Positions 20,341 through 30,000 of a stretch of DNA of 64,000 bases are shown here, in pieces. Within the stretch, counting starts at the first letter, position 1; every line of letters begins with the position of its first letter. A program made the position numbers and the translations under genes. The notes under the pieces are model-generated. The model saw only the letters and a program-made list of their open reading frames with translations, ran no database searches and was not told the DNA's origin. This DNA is from an uncultured delta proteobacterium (lineage in GTDB: Bacteria; Myxococcota_A; Polyangia; Polyangiales; Polyangiaceae): NCBI GenBank assembly GCA_963782055.1, contig CAWAIF010000003.1, positions 6,304,001 to 6,368,000 on the forward strand, in the 5' to 3' direction.

Positions 20341-21686
20341 CGCTTGCTCCGGAAGGCGCTCCCCCAGTCGATGCCGTAGCCCAGGCCGGAAGGAGGGAGG
20401 GTCAGGTCGGGGACGCGGCCCCCCTGCACGCGCACCTCGCCCAGCACGCCCACGCGCATCGTCCGGGTGAGGGTGCGCGGGGGAAGGGAGCCGATGCGGG
20501 GTGGGTGGCGTACGGCGTCCACGGCGGAGGCGGGGTTGTCGGCGGTCGCCAGCCCCGCGAGGGTGCCCAGCAGCCCTGGCGCGAAGGGCCGCGCGAAATC
20601 GACCGCGAGGGTGAAGGCGCGCGACGCGCGGCGCGCGGCCAGCTCGCGCCAGGGCACGGGCCGCGGGGTCACCTCGTGCGAGGCGCGCGAGAGGGTGGCG
20701 GCCACCGCGCGCGCCACCTCCACCAGCCACGGCGCGTCGTCGCGCACCAGCAGATCGCACGGCGCGCCGCCCCAGCCCTGGTCCGGATCGGTGCGCCACG
20801 CCGGGCCGAGCGCCAGGTACGACAGGCGCGACGGCGCGATCCCGTCGCAGAGCCGCTGCGCGGTCCCCGGGGCGTCCCACGCCCCCACGAGGCGGCCGGT
20901 GCGCAGCAGCGCCCAGCCCACGGCGCCGGCGTCGAACGGCCGGGAGCCGGCGCGCGGCTCGTGGAGGCCGGAGCCGAGCCAGCCCATGTCGTCGGTGCCC
21001 GCCTCGAAGGAGCGCAGCGAGTCGGCCAGATCCGACGCGGCATGGACGGTCAGCGTGTCGAGGAAGGAGGGGCCGAGCGCCGCGCGAGGATTGCGGCTGA
21101 GGGCGAGGCCTCCCCCGCGGCGCTGCGCGCGGAACGGCCCGGTCCCGTCCGGCCGCTCCGGCGCGAACGCCATAGGGACGATCGCGGTGAGCGGCGACGC
21201 GAGGGCGCGCGCGAGCTTGCCGGGATCCGCCGACGGGAAGAAGAGGGCCGCCTCGCCCTGCCGCCGCGGGACCGGGACGTCGGCGAGCCAGGCGCGGGCG
21301 CCGGAGCGCTTGGCCCGCGCGAGGGAGTGGACCACGTCGCGCGTGCCGATGCCGCGGCCGAGGGCGGTGGACAGCCCGGCGCGCAGCGCGACGCGCGCCC
21401 CACCCTTCGTGGCCTCCGGGGGCGACTCGGCGAGGGCGGGGACCACCGCGTCGCCCTCGAAGGCGTAGAGCGCGTCGAACATCGCCTCGCCGAAGATGGC
21501 GGCCGCCGCGTCATCGGCGCGGTGCGGGTCGACGGAGGCGAGCGGCCAGGGGACGCGGAGGGTGACGCTTCCACCCACCGGCGTGCGGGCGAGGGCGAAG
21601 GCGGGGGTCGCGCGCGCGAGGAGGCCGCCGAGCGCGCCGAGGGTGAAGGCGCGGCGCCCCACGCCACGTGCGACCTCAGCGGACAA
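20337..21686 (-). CDS. ABC-type substrate-binding protein (family 5-like) with Tat signal
   Basis: GRRAFTLG Tat-like motif; SVDPH...FDALY...VPALAES and GTGPF motifs. Confidence 0.7.
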   Translation of the reverse strand: MSAEVARGVGRRAFTLGALGGLLARATPAFALARTPVGGSVTLRVPWPLASVDPHRADDAAAAIFGEAMFDALYAFEGDAVVPALAESPPEATKGGARVALRAGLSTALGRGIGTRDVVHSLARAKRSGARAWLADVPVPRRQGEAALFFPSADPGKLARALASPLTAIVPMAFAPERPDGTGPFRAQRRGGGLALSRNPRAALGPSFLDTLTVHAASDLADSLRSFEAGTDDMGWLGSGLHEPRAGSRPFDAGAVGWALLRTGRLVGAWDAPGTAQRLCDGIAPSRLSYLALGPAWRTDPDQGWGGAPCDLLVRDDAPWLVEVARAVAATLSRASHEVTPRPVPWRELAARRASRAFTLAVDFARPFAPGLLGTLAGLATADNPASAVDAVRHPPRIGSLPPRTLTRTMRVGVLGEVRVQGGRVPDLTLPPSGLGYGIDWGSAFRSKR

Positions 21687-23010
21687 CCCACACCTCGTCT
21701 CCGACGACGGCCACCAGCGCGGGGACGCCGCGATCCTCCGGCGGGCACGCGGCGAGGGCGCGCACGCCCGCGGGCGCCGGCAGGCGGAGGCGCACGCGCG
21801 GCGCGCCCGGGCCGAAGGACACGACGGTGATGGAGTCCTTCTCGGTCACGTCGCCGCTGAAGGCGACCTCCGGCACGCCGTCCAGGTCCATGTCCAGCCC
21901 GGCGATCTGCGCGCCGGCGTCGTCCTGCGTCGGCTGCTCGGCGCCGCCCACGCGCACGCGCAGCTTGCCCCCCGGGTCGCGCGTGGCCACGACGCGGACG
22001 ACCGCGCCGTTCTTCTGGACCACGTCGAAGAGCGCCGCCGCGTCGTAGCGGTCCGGGCCGAGCGTGTCCGCCCCCTGCCCTGCCGACCCCGCCGTGCGGC
22101 ACGGCTCGAGCGCGCCGCCGAGCGCGCTCGCCTCCGGATCCGGCGAGGCGCACGCGCCGAGCCCCACGGGGAGGCCGTGCAGCGCCTGCGGAGCGCCCAG
22201 CGCCGCGTCGGTCACGACGCCCCCTCGATCGGTGAGGCCGAGCCAGAGGCGTCCCGCGTCCATCGACGCGGTGGCGATGGGCTCGCGCAGCGGCACCGGG
22301 GCGCGCGGCGCCAGCGCGCTCCACCGCGTGGTCTTGTCCGCGACGAACTGCCCGCCGCGCAGCCTGCCGATCGCCACGCGCTCTCGCGTGATCAGCGCCA
22401 GCTCCAGCCCGCCGTCGCCGTCCAGATCGCCGCACGCGGCGGCGACCACCTTCCCCTCCGCCTGCGTCGCCTTGTGGACGTGCGCCTGCTCCAGCAGGAT
22501 GGGCGGAAAGACCGCGCGCACCTCCGCGTCGATGGGCGCGGCGGCGTAGGCGTGCGCGCTCGGCGGCGGAGGCGGCAGCCGCACGCGATCCCAGGCGTTG
22601 ACGACCAGCGGGTACTCGTCGGCGGTGACGCGGAGCTGCCCCTTCTGCACCTCGACGCGCAGGTAGACGAGCGCGGAGGCGTGCGCCGCCTCCCCCCGCG
22701 CCGCGGCGAGGGGGAGCACCTTCGGCAGCGCGCGGGCGGTGCCGCCGAGCTGCCCGGCGACCAGCGCCGCGACGCGCGCGGCCAGCTCGTCGCCCCGCGT
22801 CGCCGGGATGTCGCTCACCAGCGGGCCGGCGGCGACCATCGCGCCGGGCTTCACCGCGCCCAGGCCCTTCGCGATCTCCCGCGCCACGGCGCCCAGGGCG
22901 GTGGTGGGCACGGGCGTGGCCGCCGCGCTCGTCCCCTTCGCCTGCGCGAGCGCCGCGGACGAGGCGTAGGCCAGCGAGAGCACGTAGAGGAGAGCGGTCC
23001 TGGGGCGCAT
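21676..23010 (-). CDS. Secreted hypothetical protein with FG-GAP-like motifs
   Basis: Signal peptide; GDLDGDGGLELA and DMDLDGVPEV motifs. Confidence 0.7.
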   Translation of the reverse strand: MRPRTALLYVLSLAYASSAALAQAKGTSAAATPVPTTALGAVAREIAKGLGAVKPGAMVAAGPLVSDIPATRGDELAARVAALVAGQLGGTARALPKVLPLAAARGEAAHASALVYLRVEVQKGQLRVTADEYPLVVNAWDRVRLPPPPPSAHAYAAAPIDAEVRAVFPPILLEQAHVHKATQAEGKVVAAACGDLDGDGGLELALITRERVAIGRLRGGQFVADKTTRWSALAPRAPVPLREPIATASMDAGRLWLGLTDRGGVVTDAALGAPQALHGLPVGLGACASPDPEASALGGALEPCRTAGSAGQGADTLGPDRYDAAALFDVVQKNGAVVRVVATRDPGGKLRVRVGGAEQPTQDDAGAQIAGLDMDLDGVPEVAFSGDVTEKDSITVVSFGPGAPRVRLRLPAPAGVRALAACPPEDRGVPALVAVVGDEVWVVR

Positions 23011-23173
23011 CGGGAGTGCGCCAGCGTACCACCCGCGCCACAGGTGGCGATCCGATGCGCCAGCCTGGGGCCGGGGAGGGCCAGCCGGCGGCTGCGTACT
23101 CCGCCAAACCGGGCGTCACGCCCCGCGCGGTTCGCGGAGAGGCGATGGAGAGCTGGCTCAGCGCGATGGCGCC

Positions 23174-23587
23174 CTACTCCTGGTCTGGGAATACTTCGAT
23201 CGAGAGATTCACTCCAAGGCGAGCCAGTTGCACCACACAAGCATGCGAAATGGTGAATCCTGCATTCTCGCGCCCAACCAATCCCAGGTACAGCTCGCAA
23301 CTGCCGCCCGTTTCCACGAAGTCGTGCAACCATTGCTCGTTCTCGACCAGACGACGTACCCATTCGCCGATCAGATCCTCCATGTCGAACACCTGAGGCA
23401 GTTCGCCGCACCAATAGGTTTCCTGGCGTCGACCCGTCAATGGGTGGCCCTTTGGAGTTCGACGCTCAGCTCCAACCTTCCAAGAATACAACGGTTGAAG
23501 GCCGAGCCTGCTGGTGACCTCTTCCGGGGCCATGCTCGGGTGCGTCAGGCGACAAGCGAGGCTGTTGGGAGGACACCTCGAGATCAT
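23174..23587 (-). CDS. DUF4279-like protein, putative immunity protein for the orphan toxin tip
   Basis: PEEVTSRLGLQP...WKVG...RRTPKG...TYW pattern and C-terminal LARLGVNLSIEVF; ATGA overlap with the toxin stop; visibly lower GC. Confidence 0.7.
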   Translation of the reverse strand: MISRCPPNSLACRLTHPSMAPEEVTSRLGLQPLYSWKVGAERRTPKGHPLTGRRQETYWCGELPQVFDMEDLIGEWVRRLVENEQWLHDFVETGGSCELYLGLVGRENAGFTISHACVVQLARLGVNLSIEVFPDQE

Positions 23588-24090
23588 GGAAGGTAATCCT
23601 CGACTGGGCCATTATCGATGGCGTTACCTTCACCATCCCCAGTTATCACATGCCCATCCGGAGCGATCCCGACCCAATCCTTTGGTCCTGCGAGGACTCC
23701 CTCCTTGATTTTCTGATGTTGTTTAGTCCATGGTGTCTGATTGATGGGTTTCGTCCCGGTCGGACAGCCCTTCGGCTTGGCTTCCTTGGATCGCGATTGG
23801 GGCGTCTCCGCGAATAGACCGATCTGGTCAGAAATCCGGTCTCCGATCTCACCTCCGTAGATGCCGCCGAAGTAGATACCCGCCAGTCCACCCACTCCCA
23901 TCCCTACGGTCGCCTCGGCTGGGGCACCCACCACAGCCGCCGGACCGGTAGTCAGAAGTCCCGTGCCACCTCCAGCGACGAAACCAAGATCCGCGCCGAT
24001 GGCGCCACCGCCGACCGCGCCGAGCACCGTACCGATGAAGCGCCCGAGTGGAGTGTATCCCGATGGATCGATGCAGTTGACCGGGTCGTC
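23584..24090 (-). pseudogene. Orphan Rhs C-terminal toxin module (DPVNCIDPSG + Gly-zipper + putative toxin domain), 5'-truncated
   Basis: The frame reads DDPVNCIDPSGYTPLGRFIGTVLGAVGGG...WVGIAPDGHVITGDGEGNAIDNGPVEDYLP*. An in-frame TGA at 24091-24093 lies directly upstream. Confidence 0.85.
24055..24087. repeat. Copy of the Rhs core end (matches 27522-27554)
   Basis: gtatcccgatggatcgatgcagttgaccgggtc vs gtaccccgatggatcgatgcagttcaccgggtc, 31/33 identical. Confidence 0.9.
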
Positions 24091-24267
24091 TCACGTGTGC
24101 GGGTGCGCGAGGTGCCGAGCGGGTGGCGGGACGGCGCTCGACGCGGGCGTCCCGGAGCGCGCAGCGGGCAGCCGTGCGTGCTCGGGGGGCGGTTTTTGGT
24201 GGCGCGGATGGACCGGGGCCTGGGCCGCACTCGTGGAGCGAGCGCAGTGGAGCACGACGCGGGGAGA

Positions 24268-25224
24268 TCATGCGGCCCTCGGCGGGGCGCGAGCTCGGGG
24301 CTCGGGCAGCGCGGTGCGCACGAGGGCAGGCGTGTGGCAAGCGGGGCAGCGGCGCAGGTCGATGCCCGCGATTCGCAGCAGCAGGTCGGCGGCGTCGGCA
24401 CGGCGCTCCGGTCGCGCAGCGGGCGCGTGCGGACCCAGTCTGCGGCGTGCGGTCTCGAGGCGCGTGGTGGCGTGGCTGGCGGAGTGCAGGCCGTAGTGGC
24501 GGATCTTGACGAAGCCGCGCGGCAGCACGTGCTGGACGAAGCGCGCGAGCAGCTCCTCGGCCGGGACGGTGACCGACTTGCCGTCTCTGGTGCGGAAGGT
24601 GACGCCGCGCTCGCCCATCGAGACGCCCATCACGCGCACGGGGAAGAGGAAGCGACGGCGCGCGCGCACCCAGCGCGCGGCGTCGCCGGTGAGTCCGCCG
24701 CCGGTGACGATGGCGTGCACGTGGGGGTGGAAGAGCAGCGCGCGCGTCCAGGTGTGCAGGACCATCGTGACGCCGAGCTCGGCGCCGAGCCACTTCGGAT
24801 CCCGCGCGAGGGTGGCCAGCGTGTCGGCCGCGCTCGCGAAGAGCATGTCGAAGACCCGCGCGCGCGAGCGCCGCGCGACGGCGCGCAGCTCGGCGGGGAG
24901 CGTGAAGACGACGTGGAAGTAGTGCACGGGCAGAATGCGCTCGAGCCGCGTGGCGACCCACCGCGCCTGCGCGAGCGACTGGCACTTGGGACAGTGCCGG
25001 TTGCGGCACGAGTTGTACGACGGTCGCTCGAGCCCGCACGCGGTGCACACGTCCAGATGTCCGCCCAGCGCGGCAGTCCGGCATCGCTCGATCGCCCGCA
25101 GCGCCGACCGCTCCTCGGGACGCAGCACGCGGCCGCCGGCGAAGGCCTCGCCGTGGGCGCGCACCACGTCCGCGAGCTCGATGGGCGCCGCGCGCGTGCG
25201 CGCGGGCGCACACGACGGGTGCAT
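24268..25224 (-). pseudogene. IS91-family (HUH) transposase with in-frame internal deletion
   Basis: Zn-binding CRTAALGG...CTAC...SCRNRHCPKCQ, HUH motif HPHVH and HVLPRGFVKIRHYGL are present. FPVRVMG joins directly to VSMGERGVTF, and the YxxRY segment is absent. Confidence 0.75.
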
Positions 25225-25230
25225 CGGGGC

Positions 25231-26076
25231 TCAGGGCAGCGCGTCGAGGGGGCTCTGAATCGACTGCACGCGGGCGGTGCTCACGTGCAGGTAGGCCATC
25301 GTGCTCCTGAGCGACGCGTGCCCGAGCAAGACCTGCAACGTGCGAAGGTCGGTCCCTGCGTCGAGCAGGTGCGTGGCGAAGCTGTGGCGCAGCGTGTGCG
25401 GCGACACGCGCCGGGTGATGCCCGCGCGCCGCGCCGCCTTGAGGATCGCCCGGTGGACGGCCGCGCGCGTGAGGAGCGTCCCGGGCACGCGCCCCGGAAA
25501 CAGTTGCGGTCCTGCGGGTCGTGACGCCTTCCAGTACGCGCGCAGCGTCGCCAGCAGCCTCGCGCTGAGCATCACGTAGCGCTCACGCCCGCGCTTGGTG
25601 TGCCGCACGTGCAGGAGCATCCGCTTCGGATCGATGTCGTCCACCCGGAGCTTGCACACCTCGCTCACGCGCAGCCCCGCCCCGTAGGCGAGCATCACCA
25701 GGGCCCGGTGCTTGTGGCTCGTGAGCGCCGCGAGCAGCCGCGCCACCTCCGCGCTCGTCAGCACCACCGGCACGTGCATCGGCACCCGCATGCGCGCCAT
25801 CCCCAGCGTCGCCTCCGGCCGCTCCAGCGTCACCTCGTAGAGAAACCTCAGCGCGGCCGCGTGCACGTTGACCGTCAACGCCGCCAGCCTGCGCTCCGCC
25901 ACCAGGTGCAAGAGGAACGTCCGGATCTCCGCCGCCCCCAGCGCGCACGGCGACCGCCCGTGGTACTGCGCGAACCGCCGCACGCACCCCACGTACGTGG
26001 CGATCGTGTTGGCGCTCATCCCTCGCAGCGCGAGGTCCTCGCTCATCGTGTCCCGCAGTCTTCGCTTCGCACCCAT
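25231..26076 (-). CDS. Tyrosine recombinase (integrase, XerC/D-like) with N-terminal SAM-like domain
   Basis: YGAGLRVSE (R), TKRGRER (K), HTLRHSFATHLL (HxxR) and LLGHASLRSTMAY (H, Y); the catalytic set is intact. Confidence 0.95.
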   Translation of the reverse strand: MGAKRRLRDTMSEDLALRGMSANTIATYVGCVRRFAQYHGRSPCALGAAEIRTFLLHLVAERRLAALTVNVHAAALRFLYEVTLERPEATLGMARMRVPMHVPVVLTSAEVARLLAALTSHKHRALVMLAYGAGLRVSEVCKLRVDDIDPKRMLLHVRHTKRGRERYVMLSARLLATLRAYWKASRPAGPQLFPGRVPGTLLTRAAVHRAILKAARRAGITRRVSPHTLRHSFATHLLDAGTDLRTLQVLLGHASLRSTMAYLHVSTARVQSIQSPLDALP

Positions 26077-26245
26077 CGCGGCCTCCTTCGGCTCCGCGCG
26101 CGCCCACGAGCGGGCGGCGCGCGCCGCAGGATCGCCCGCATCACGGCACGCGAGGGCTACGAGGCGGGCTCGTCAGCGCGCACACGGCTCGCGGGGCTCC
26201 CGGGTCGCGAGCGAGCTTGATGCGGAGCCACGCTGCCGCGCAGCG

Positions 26246-26273
26246 GCTTCGTCCAAGATGGATTTCGTAAACT
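26246..26273 (+). other. dif-like 11-6-11 recombination site at the element end
   Basis: GCTTCGTCCAA-GATGGA-TTTCGTAAACT. The left arm recurs inverted at 26323-26332 (tggacgaagc). Confidence 0.4.
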
Positions 26274-26358
26274 TTCGCGCCCGACCGCGCTAGGATTTCC
26301 TATGCGCCTACCGAGCAGAAGCTGGACGAAGCACGTCGGGCGCCACGATACTGCATGA

Positions 26359-26468
26359 GGTGCTGGAGGAGGCGAGGAACGTCTTGTAGGTGGTGTCGTA
26401 GTGGTAGTCGTCACGCAGGCGGGGGCGCCGGTGAAGGACTCGCTCTTCGTCGCGACGCGGCCGCTCGC
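26359..26468. repeat. Degenerate copy of the Rhs core (matches 28302-28412)
   Basis: 110 nt aligning to 111 nt with 5 substitutions and a 1-nt deletion; encodes ASGRVATKSESF.GA.ACVTT. Confidence 0.9.
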
Positions 26469-26520
26469 CTCTCGCGCCCGTGCGGGGCGGTAGACCCGGG
26501 CGAGAGCCGGCTCGAATCGC

Positions 26521-27057
26521 CTACCCTCCACCATCGCGCAGGACAAGCGGTGCCCCCAGCTCCCGGAGGGAAACAATATCTACGATCCGGTCGTGATCGG
26601 AGTCATAATAACCAATGAGCTCCACATATCTGCCTTGGCACGCGGAAAAGCTCGCGAGTTGCTCACACCTGATCCATAGCCAGTAGAACTCGTGGTCGGG
26701 GTTGCCAAAGGACCCTAGCCTCGAACCGAACTCTACATGCTCGAGTGCGCGGTCAACCACGTGACCGTGCATGGTGTAGGGGACCTCGCACCTGGGCGAC
26801 TGCATCGTGGCATCCGTGTCCAGCGCAAGCCATCCTCTGACCTTCACGGCCTCGTGTGGCATGCCGCGTTCGGGATACGCCAAGGGCCGCGCGGACGTCG
26901 GCGTGCCAGCACCAGCCGTATATGCACAGAGCGGCGTCAGTCCTCTGGATTGCATCGGGAGAGGCGGAGGCACGTTGGCGTTGCATTGCGCTCCAAGAGC
27001 GACGATCAGCGCACCGAGGGTAACCTGCACGAACTTACCACCCGCCGCGCAGCTCAC
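26521..27057 (-). CDS. Putative cognate immunity/accessory protein of the main Rhs toxin
   Basis: GTGA overlap with the Rhs stop, lower GC, and an N-terminal hydrophobic stretch ending ALGAQC. Confidence 0.55.
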   Translation of the reverse strand: MSCAAGGKFVQVTLGALIVALGAQCNANVPPPLPMQSRGLTPLCAYTAGAGTPTSARPLAYPERGMPHEAVKVRGWLALDTDATMQSPRCEVPYTMHGHVVDRALEHVEFGSRLGSFGNPDHEFYWLWIRCEQLASFSACQGRYVELIGYYDSDHDRIVDIVSLRELGAPLVLRDGGG

Positions 27058-30000
27058 GGCTGAAGCCTAAACGGGACGATTAGATTTGGCGCATTTGCGG
27101 CCGTCCGGAGTAGTTGCAGGCTGCGCGCTCCACTAATCCAGCTCTGCGGCGATTCGTTCGGGCGCGGTATGTTGACCGGCCATGTGGCCGGCGGTATGTA
27201 GATGTACCCGTACCCGAAGCCGCTTCCCTTCCTCGCGTCCACGTAGAGGATTGGGGTGTGGTTGTCGCAGGCTGTCTTTATGTCTGAGGGTGAAAACGAG
27301 CCCCCATTCGGGTGCGTATGAAAGATCACCTGCGCACCAGAGTGCCAACCGATGCCCCCTCCGGTCGGGCTCACTTGCTGTAACGTATACGAGAACTTGC
27401 CAGAACCGCTCTTGTAAAAGACCCCGCCCCACTCGTTGTGTGTCTGCTCCGTACCGGCAAGCGCGTCACGCAAGCCGCTTAAGAATGCGTCCGGGCCGTA
27501 GTCGTACCGCTCGCCCGGAGCGTACCCCGATGGATCGATGCAGTTCACCGGGTCATTCCCACAGTACGCGTAGAAGTTGAGCCCGCCGCCGAAGCGGATC
27601 GGGTCCTTGCTCAGCCAGCGGTGCTCCCAGCCGCTGTAGTCGCGGGCGCCCATGTGGTAGATGGCGGGGTAGTAGTCGAAGAGGCCGCCGGCGAAGCCGA
27701 AGGGCTGGTAGGCGGGCAGGCTGGTCATCGCGCCGAAGTCGTTGTAGTAGGTGTACGGGCCGTCGATGATGTTGCCGGGTGTGCCGCCACACGCCGGGCC
27801 GCTCAGGCAAATGACCGCGCGCGCCGTGCCGATCCCGTCGCTGACGATCCGCAGGATGCTACCATCGGCACGGTAGACCAGATCCGGGATGTTCGGCTTC
27901 GTCACGTAGGCGAAGTGGGCCGTGACGGCCCCGTTGCTGTCCAGGGTCGCGATGACTCGGTCGCCCTGGTAGAGGTACCCCGCGCTCTCGGCACCGGGCG
28001 GCTGGCTGCCGCTGCTGGTCCGGAAGACGAGGCGCCCCTGGCCGTCGATGGCGTAGTCGAGCGTCACGTTGCTGGATGGATCGGAGTAGTGACGGAGGTT
28101 GCCGAGGGGATCGTAGCCGAAGCTCTGGGTCTGCCCGCTCCGGTGGCGGACCACGGCCTCGCCGTTGGAGGAGTAGTCCCAGGTCCAGTAGCCGTCATTG
28201 ATGAGCCGATCCTGCGCGTCGTACGTCCACGCGCTCCCGGCGCCGCCGTTGCCGTCGGCGTCATAGGGGGTGTTCGCGGGCGGGGCCGCGCAGCCCCCGG
28301 TGGTGGTGGAGTAGGCGAGGAACGTCTTGTAGGTCGTGTCGTAGTGGTAGGTCGTCACGCAGGCGGCGGCGCCGTTGAAGGACTCGCTCTTCGTCGCGAC
28401 GCGGCCGCTCGCAGGATCGCGAGTGTAGACCAGAGCGTAGCGCGGCTGAGCGTTATAGGTGATCGTGTCGCTGATCAACGCCCCGTAGCGGTCGTAGTTG
28501 AACTCCTCGTGGAGGTGGTTGTTGTCGGTGTCCGTGCTCGCGAGCATGCGGTTGTAACCGTTCGCGCCGCGGTTGAGCGTCATGGTCATGCCCCCCACAT
28601 CGACCGCGCTGAGCACGCCGTCGCCGTCCAGGTGGAAGGTGTACCCGAGGCCACCGTCGATGTCGCGCGTGGTCAGCCGGCCGTAGCCATCGTAGCCGTA
28701 GTTGACTTTGCGCGTGGCGTTGGGCGACGTGAGCCCGTAGGTCTCCTGCGTCAGCATCGAGCCCTCGTAGCTGTAGGTGAGGTCGACCTGGCCGTTGTCG
28801 AGGGTGTGCAGGTGCCCCGTCGACTCGTACGCGTACTGGTTCGTGACGGTCCCGGTGAACGGCGCGAAGTAGCTCACCGCGGACGGACGCCCGGCGCCGT
28901 CATACGCGTAGCTCACCGTGCGACCAGGTTCCTGCATGCTCGTCGTGAGGCCATCCAGATCGTAAAGGTAGCTGGTCGGGCCGGTGGCGCCAACGGGCGG
29001 TGGCGTGTAGGTGTCGAGCAGGTCCAGAGGGGTCGCGGAGAACTGGTGCCACTTTCCCGCGGGGGTGTCCGCCCAGGTTACGTTGCCGTTCGGGTCGTAG
29101 TACCGGAACAGCGTTCGGCCGGGAATGCTGAACCGCTGGGGTCGACCCACAGGGTCGAACATCGAGTAGCCGTACGTGCCGATGCCCGGCACGTCGATGG
29201 AGGCCACCGCTCCGGTCGCGCCGTCGTACGTGAGGTTCGTGATGCGCGAGTTGACGGTGTAGGTCTCGAGCTGTCCGGTCGCGGGGTAGTAGCCGATCTG
29301 CACCGGGTAGAGCGGCGCGTTCGCGCCCGGCACGTTCCCCGTCACCTGGATGCTGGACGGACGCTCATGCTGGCTGTCCAGCGTGATCTCCGTCCTGGCG
29401 CCGGCGGCGCTGGTCTCGGTGACCTTCGACTGGCTCGAGTCGTACTGGGCCGTCCAGGTGAGGGTGTTGTTGTCGATGTCGGACCGGGTGGTGGTGTCTG
29501 TCTCGGACGTCACGTCGTCGGTCTGCGGATCGGTGACGACCATGCTCGAGTGGGTGGTGGTGACCGTCTTGGTGCCGTCGACCACCACGCCCTTCGCCGG
29601 GTAGCTCGCGTTCACGCCGAAGCGGGGGTCGGGGGCGTACGTGCTGGAGATCTGCGTTCCGTCGCGGAGCGAGACGTCCTCCGATCCGTCGGCGTACGTC
29701 GTGTGGGTGGACAGCTGGCCCGCCGGATCCGTGATGATCCGCGACTCCACCTGGTTGGTGCCCTCGTCGCCGGTCGCGCCACGGGTGGTGTCGACGGAGT
29801 AGGTGGTCGCGCGGGATTCCGCGGTGGTCAGCGCGACGTTCCACCCGCTGCCCGTCACGGGCATCGAACGCGCCAGGGTGACCCCGGGCGAGCTCTGCGG
29901 GTTCTTGTCGTTGGTCAGGAGGCCGACGCTGTCGTACGTGAAGTGGTGGTGCTGGCCCTTCGCGTCGGTGAGGTCGGTGAGCAGGCCGCCGGTGCCGTAG

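Larger units (their letters stand above)
24091..26340 (-). mobile_element. IS91-like element: tyrosine recombinase + HUH transposase pair
   Basis: Adjacent co-oriented integrase and IS91-family transposase, with high GC inside a lower-GC toxin locus. Boundaries are inferred from the flanking Rhs homology and are approximate. Confidence 0.8.

Noticed and set aside
25231..26076. Integron integrase with a cassette array
   Set aside because: The 281-aa protein lacks an obvious IntI-specific insertion, no repeated attC-like sites were seen, and pairing with an IS91-like transposase explains it.
26157..26576. 139-aa ORF containing an Rhs-like peptide
   Set aside because: It merely crosses the frameshifted core remnant and the element end; not a credible gene.
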